Made by a program: the position numbers and the translations under genes. Of a stretch of DNA of 62,328 bases, positions 58,341 to 62,328 are shown piece by piece. The notes under the pieces are model-generated. The model saw only the letters and a program-made list of their open reading frames with translations. It was not told the origin of the DNA and searched no databases. This stretch comes from a virus (taxonomy: Duplodnaviria; Caudoviricetes): IMG/VR virus record IMGVR_UViG_3300016478_000054, positions 1-62,328 of that record; one strand, 5' to 3'. The stretch's first letter is position 1. Every line of letters begins with the position of its first letter.

Positions 58341-59024
58341 ATGCTTTCATTTACTGAATATCTATCAGAAGCCTTAAAACTAACACTACAATATCATCCA
58401 ACACTCAATAAAAAAATTTGGGAATCAGATCAACCAGTGGAAGGAATTAAAGAATATTTACTCAAACATGCGTATGAGTTTGCAAAATATTCTGGTATCA
58501 AGAAAGACCTAATCAAAGATATTGTAATTACTGGCGGTAATGCAAATTTCAACTATACCAAATTATCTGATATTGATGTTCATCTGATGTGTGATATTAC
58601 AGAAGAAAAGCAAGATTCTCTTTATACCAAAAAAACAAATTGGACAAAAGAACATCCAGAATTAAAATTTGCTGGATACCCGATTGAATATTATATCGAG
58701 TCAGATAAAGAACATCCACCAAAAGGACAAGGAGTTTATTCATTAATATCAGATAAATGGTTAATTGTTCCCAAGCATCTAGATAAAGATGAACTCCTAA
58801 AAGACCCCAAAATTATCACCAAAATAGAGCACATGATTGCTGAAATCAAATCTCTATTAAAAGATGGTAGCAAGCAAGACATTCTAGATTTTAAAGAAAA
58901 GCTATGGAGAATGCGTTCAGAAGGGCTTGAGAAGGCTGGTGAATTCTCTGTTGGGAATTGTGTCTATAAAGACATTAGAAACAGAGGATATGTTGATAAG
59001 TTGAATGCCAAAATTGGCAAATAA
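58341..59024 (+). CDS. Nucleotidyltransferase, putative internal head protein
   Basis: MLSFTEYLSE^A (T4 CTS-like); DI.ITG.NAN.NY...SDIDVH..IEYY..GVYSL..R..GL...GEFS..N..YK. Confidence 0.7.
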   Translation: MLSFTEYLSEALKLTLQYHPTLNKKIWESDQPVEGIKEYLLKHAYEFAKYSGIKKDLIKDIVITGGNANFNYTKLSDIDVHLMCDITEEKQDSLYTKKTNWTKEHPELKFAGYPIEYYIESDKEHPPKGQGVYSLISDKWLIVPKHLDKDELLKDPKIITKIEHMIAEIKSLLKDGSKQDILDFKEKLWRMRSEGLEKAGEFSVGNCVYKDIRNRGYVDKLNAKIGK

Positions 59025-59054
59025 AATAAGGCGCTATATGCGCCTTTTATTTTG
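59022..59054. terminator. Bidirectional terminator
   Basis: AAAATAAGGCGC-tatat-GCGCCTTTTATTTT. Confidence 0.8.
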
Positions 59055-59121
59055 TCTGAAAGAATGATGAGACAAACCAAAAAGGAAGTTGAAACAATAC
59101 AATAGGAATTAGAATTAACAT
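59047..59121 (-). CDS. Candidate 24-aa hydrophobic peptide
   Basis: MLILIPIVLFQLPFWFVSSFFQTK; stop at the terminator; minus-strand GATAAATA upstream. Confidence 0.35.
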   Translation of the reverse strand: MLILIPIVLFQLPFWFVSSFFQTK

Positions 59122-59134
59122 GGTGGGTGTTGTA

Positions 59135-59163
59135 GATAAATAGTCTTAGTATAATTATTTATC
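59135..59163. promoter_or_regulatory. Face-to-face late promoter boxes
   Basis: GATAAATA at 59135-59142 (+) and 59156-59163 (-). Confidence 0.6.
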
Positions 59164-59173
59164 AATAAACAAT

Positions 59174-60187
59174 ATGGCAATTCCAAGTAATATCGTTGAG
59201 TTATTTTCACAAATAGAAGAATCGGAACATAAGTTTGACAAATATCATGCCTATAGAGCAGTCGAACAATTATTCGAGGGTCATCTTCCGGCTAAAGATA
59301 GAGCAATTGCATATCTAAAGAAGATCGGAGTATATTCAGATCATTCATTCTATCTTACTGAGTCTGATGATATTATTGATGACCTGATTGAAATTCATAA
59401 GATTGCAAAAGAATCTAATATTCCGTTTGAAAAACTAAAGGATGAATATGTAACGCATCTACATAAATACGGAAGCAAAGAAGATGCTCTAAAGCATATA
59501 GGAAAATTTGTAATTAAACACAAATACCTAAAAGAATCTAAAGATGAATATCTAGAGAAACTAAATTCTATTGATGATTCTACTATCAATAAATTGGTTG
59601 ATAAAATCAAAACAATTACTGATGTGATGAAGCATTACAAACCAGAAGAATTTTCATATCATATCAATGAAAATAAAGAAGAAGTTTTGCTTGGTCATAT
59701 CAAGAAGATTCTTAGGAAATCTTCAACTAGGGTAAAATTAAAGAAGAAATCAAAACCAAGTTCAATCGTTCATAAGGCAAAGACTATTGCTAAACATCTG
59801 ATTTCTGCTCATATTTTTCATAAAGAAGAACATGTATCACCAGAAGTCGAACATGCCATCGTGAAGTCTCACGCATACAAAAAGCTAGTGGCAAAACTGT
59901 CTCCAAAACTCGCCAGAATCGAGTCTGAGGCTATTCATGAGCATCATCCTATCCATGAGGAGATGGAGCCACTAGAAGAGCCTACAGACGCCATAGCATC
60001 TTCGCTTCCACCAGAAAAAACCCCGTATAGACACATCACTGATACTGATAAAAAAACTGCCATTATTTTTACAGGTCAAGGAAATGGTAAAAAGGAAACA
60101 ACACCATCTGGTAGAGTTACTTATGTTGTTGGTGATATTACAAACGATAAAAGCATAACCAAAGACGAAAAGGAAAATGAAAAATGA
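59174..60187 (+). CDS. Highly charged late protein, prohead core/internal protein candidate
   Basis: K/E/H-rich; several (I/L)-x-E sites (IEE^S, LTE^S, LKE^S, INE^N); late promoter. Confidence 0.45.
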   Translation: MAIPSNIVELFSQIEESEHKFDKYHAYRAVEQLFEGHLPAKDRAIAYLKKIGVYSDHSFYLTESDDIIDDLIEIHKIAKESNIPFEKLKDEYVTHLHKYGSKEDALKHIGKFVIKHKYLKESKDEYLEKLNSIDDSTINKLVDKIKTITDVMKHYKPEEFSYHINENKEEVLLGHIKKILRKSSTRVKLKKKSKPSSIVHKAKTIAKHLISAHIFHKEEHVSPEVEHAIVKSHAYKKLVAKLSPKLARIESEAIHEHHPIHEEMEPLEEPTDAIASSLPPEKTPYRHITDTDKKTAIIFTGQGNGKKETTPSGRVTYVVGDITNDKSITKDEKENEK

Positions 60188-60624
60188 ATAATACAGCAAC
60201 AGCACTAAAATCAGTTCTGGTCAATACATTTGATATGTATTTTAAGGCGCATGGAATGCATTGGAATATTGAAGGAATCAACTTTGCCGAATTGCATGGG
60301 TTCTTTGGCGATTTATATGAAGAACTCCATTCGGCAGTTGACACTATTGCAGAACAGATTCGAGCACTTGATGAATATGTAGAATATGGTTGTAAGGAAT
60401 TTTCTGATATCGGTAGCGTTCCATCATCAAATATTTTTGGCGCAAAACCAGATAAGATGCTAAATGATCTACTGGTTGCCAATAGTATTGTTGTTTCATC
60501 TCTTAATGCCGCGTTTCAACTTGCTACAAAAGATAAAAATCAAGGTCTTCTTAATTTCTTAGGAGAGAGACTTGATATTCATGCAAAACACGCTTGGATG
60601 ATTAAATCTCTATTGAAGGGTTAA
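60184..60624 (+). CDS. dps: Dps ferritin-like DNA-protection protein
   Basis: K.H..HWNI.G..F..LH.FF..LY....D.IAE.IR..H.K..WM. Confidence 0.9.
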   Translation: MNNTATALKSVLVNTFDMYFKAHGMHWNIEGINFAELHGFFGDLYEELHSAVDTIAEQIRALDEYVEYGCKEFSDIGSVPSSNIFGAKPDKMLNDLLVANSIVVSSLNAAFQLATKDKNQGLLNFLGERLDIHAKHAWMIKSLLKG

Positions 60625-60626
60625 AA

Positions 60627-61286
60627 ATGGCTCTTAATAGTCTTTTTCCAAGAGGAACAAGATCAGAAACTTCTTTGGTTGAGAATTTAATTATTGAAGC
60701 AATAAAAATGTATGGAAATAATTGGTATTATATACCAAGAACATTAGTTGCTCCTGATAATATATTTGGCGAAGATAATTTATCTAAGTTTAAAAACTCG
60801 TACCAAATAGAAGCATATCTAGATAATATAGACAATTTTGCTGGTCAAGGTGCTTTTATGTCTAAATTTGGTATGCACATTGAGGAACAGGCTCAGTTGA
60901 CAATTGCCAGAAAAAGATGGGAACAGCTAATTGGTAGACATGGTGAATCCATTATTCCTAGTAGGCCATGTGAAGGCGATCTATTGTATTTTCCGCAAAG
61001 CGACGGTCTATTTGAAATTAAATTTGTGGAACATCAATCTCCATTTTATCAGTTGGGGAAACTGAATGTGTGGAAGTTAAAGATTGAACTGTTCCAATAT
61101 TCTTCTGAAAGAATTGAAACCGATATGGAAGAAATTGATAAGTTTGCTCTTGATATGTCTTTTGACATCCTTGAAACAGGAGATGCAAAAGAACCGGGAC
61201 ACAGAGATAACAGACAGAATCAAAGTTTTATCACTGAAGGAAATAGTGTTTTAAATTTTGATGAAAATAATCCGTTTGGAAACTGA
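60627..61286 (+). CDS. 14: Neck protein gp14
   Basis: E..L...LI.E.I..YG...YYIPR..FGED..SKF..SKFG..RP.EGDL.YFP..LFEI..VE..PFYQLGK..DE.NPFG. Confidence 0.93.
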   Translation: MALNSLFPRGTRSETSLVENLIIEAIKMYGNNWYYIPRTLVAPDNIFGEDNLSKFKNSYQIEAYLDNIDNFAGQGAFMSKFGMHIEEQAQLTIARKRWEQLIGRHGESIIPSRPCEGDLLYFPQSDGLFEIKFVEHQSPFYQLGKLNVWKLKIELFQYSSERIETDMEEIDKFALDMSFDILETGDAKEPGHRDNRQNQSFITEGNSVLNFDENNPFGN

Positions 61287-61287
61287 T

Positions 61288-61698
61288 ATGGCTACACTAG
61301 AATCATTACAACAACAAATTAATTCTATGAATCAATTCTGGGCCAATCTAAAGACCCAGATTGAACGTGACATGAAAACTGCTATGAATAGTTCTGGCGG
61401 TGGTGCTGGTTCTATTGTTGGTATTGATATGCCAGTTAGAACAATAACTGCCTCCACAACAATTAGCAGATATGATTATTATATTGGAGTTAATTCTAAT
61501 AATCAGGTGACAGTCAGTTTACCGACTTCTGGCGTATATCCGGGCAGAACAATTATCATCAAAGATGAAGCAGGTAATGCACAAAATGTGCCAATAAAAA
61601 TCTCTGGCACAGTTGACAATGACCCAAGTGGTGCCGAATTGAGAATTAATAATGGATCATTAACACTTATCTATAATAAAGGTTGGAGAGTAATCTAA
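61288..61698 (+). CDS. Small virion-associated protein
   Basis: SSGGG linker; DYYIGVN..LP..GR..IIKDE.G..GSLTLIY..W. Confidence 0.55.
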   Translation: MATLESLQQQINSMNQFWANLKTQIERDMKTAMNSSGGGAGSIVGIDMPVRTITASTTISRYDYYIGVNSNNQVTVSLPTSGVYPGRTIIIKDEAGNAQNVPIKISGTVDNDPSGAELRINNGSLTLIYNKGWRVI

Positions 61699-61699
61699 A

Positions 61700-62328
61700 A
61701 TGAGTTTTATATACGACGACAAAATCAGTTTTGACGATTCTCCATCGCTTACTGCATTTTCAAGAGCAAGAACTGCTGAAGCTAGGCTATTACTAGAAAC
61801 CAGATATATGTATGGTTCTGGTACATCAACTGAAATGAATGACTTGATTGCTGGTTCTGGTACGTTAGTAGCAGATCAGACTAGAAACTGTTATTTGGGT
61901 AATGTCACTACTGCTGCTGGCGATAGAGTAGTTAGACAGACAAAACAGTATGCTCCATATATTTCTGGTACATCAAATCTCGGAATGGTTACATTCACAA
62001 TGAATGCAGCAAAAACTGGATTGGTTCAATCAGTTGGTTTATTTGATGATTATAATGGCTTTATTTTTAGGGTTAATGAGAATACTCCAGAATTTGTAAT
62101 TAGAAAAAACGGAATTGATTCTGAAGTTTCTAATAAATCAAACTGGAATCTTGATAGACTAGACGGTTCAAAAAATAACATGAATAAGTCTGGTTATTCA
62201 ATTGATTTTTCTAAATCTCAAATTCTAGTTATTGACTATCAGTGGCTTGGAATTGGTAGAGTTAGAGTTGGATTTGTCCTTGGTGGAAACATTGTATATT
62301 GCCATGAATTTAATCATTCAAATATTGT
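61700..62328 (+). CDS. Conserved viral structural-type protein, 3'-truncated
   Basis: Open to the window end: RQTKQY..WNLDRLDG..QILVIDYQWLGIGRVRVGF..CHEF. Confidence 0.6.
   Translation, partial: MSFIYDDKISFDDSPSLTAFSRARTAEARLLLETRYMYGSGTSTEMNDLIAGSGTLVADQTRNCYLGNVTTAAGDRVVRQTKQYAPYISGTSNLGMVTFTMNAAKTGLVQSVGLFDDYNGFIFRVNENTPEFVIRKNGIDSEVSNKSNWNLDRLDGSKNNMNKSGYSIDFSKSQILVIDYQWLGIGRVRVGFVLGGNIVYCHEFNHSNI

Noticed and set aside
59050-59100. Hammerhead-like string (GTC..TGATGAG..GAAAC)
   Set aside because: Core C3 is replaced by A, stem I cannot form in 7 nt and stem III is only 4 bp; better explained by the antisense peptide ORF
1-62328. tRNA/rRNA genes, integrase, transposase
   Set aside because: No cloverleaf with T-loop context or recombinase motifs recognised by eye; a tRNA scan would be needed to exclude them fully

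Overview
A 62 kb, AT-rich segment of a large T4-like (Tevenvirinae-related) myophage genome. Recognisable core genes are gp13, gp14, gp32, gp59, gp33, gp46, gp47 and gp55. Bases 1-16.8 kb (+ strand) hold paralogous, modular virion fibre/spike genes. Bases 16.8-36 kb (- strand) hold phoH, dCMP deaminase, ThyX and dozens of small early ORFs driven by a repeated extended -10 promoter. Bases 37.7-43.5 kb are a replication/late-transcription operon, followed by an AT-rich origin-like gap and then endolysin, ClpP-like, T5 A1-like, macro-domain, RNA ligase, HAD, Dps and gp14 genes. The most notable signal is a dispersed set of late genes with a shared, apparently mobile N-terminal leader and (I/L)-x-E prohead-protease-type sites. 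These are fused to ADP-ribosyltransferase-like, GNAT and nucleotidyltransferase domains, one as a three-module polyprotein, and look like a capsid-packaged effector arsenal. Other notable features are a fibre gene split by an exact 15-nt stop-stop-RBS insert, recurring hairpins that straddle promoters and transcription starts, and a uORF/terminator leader on phoH. No tRNA, rRNA, CRISPR array, integrase or reverse transcriptase was recognised. All product calls come from motif recognition by eye, not database searches.
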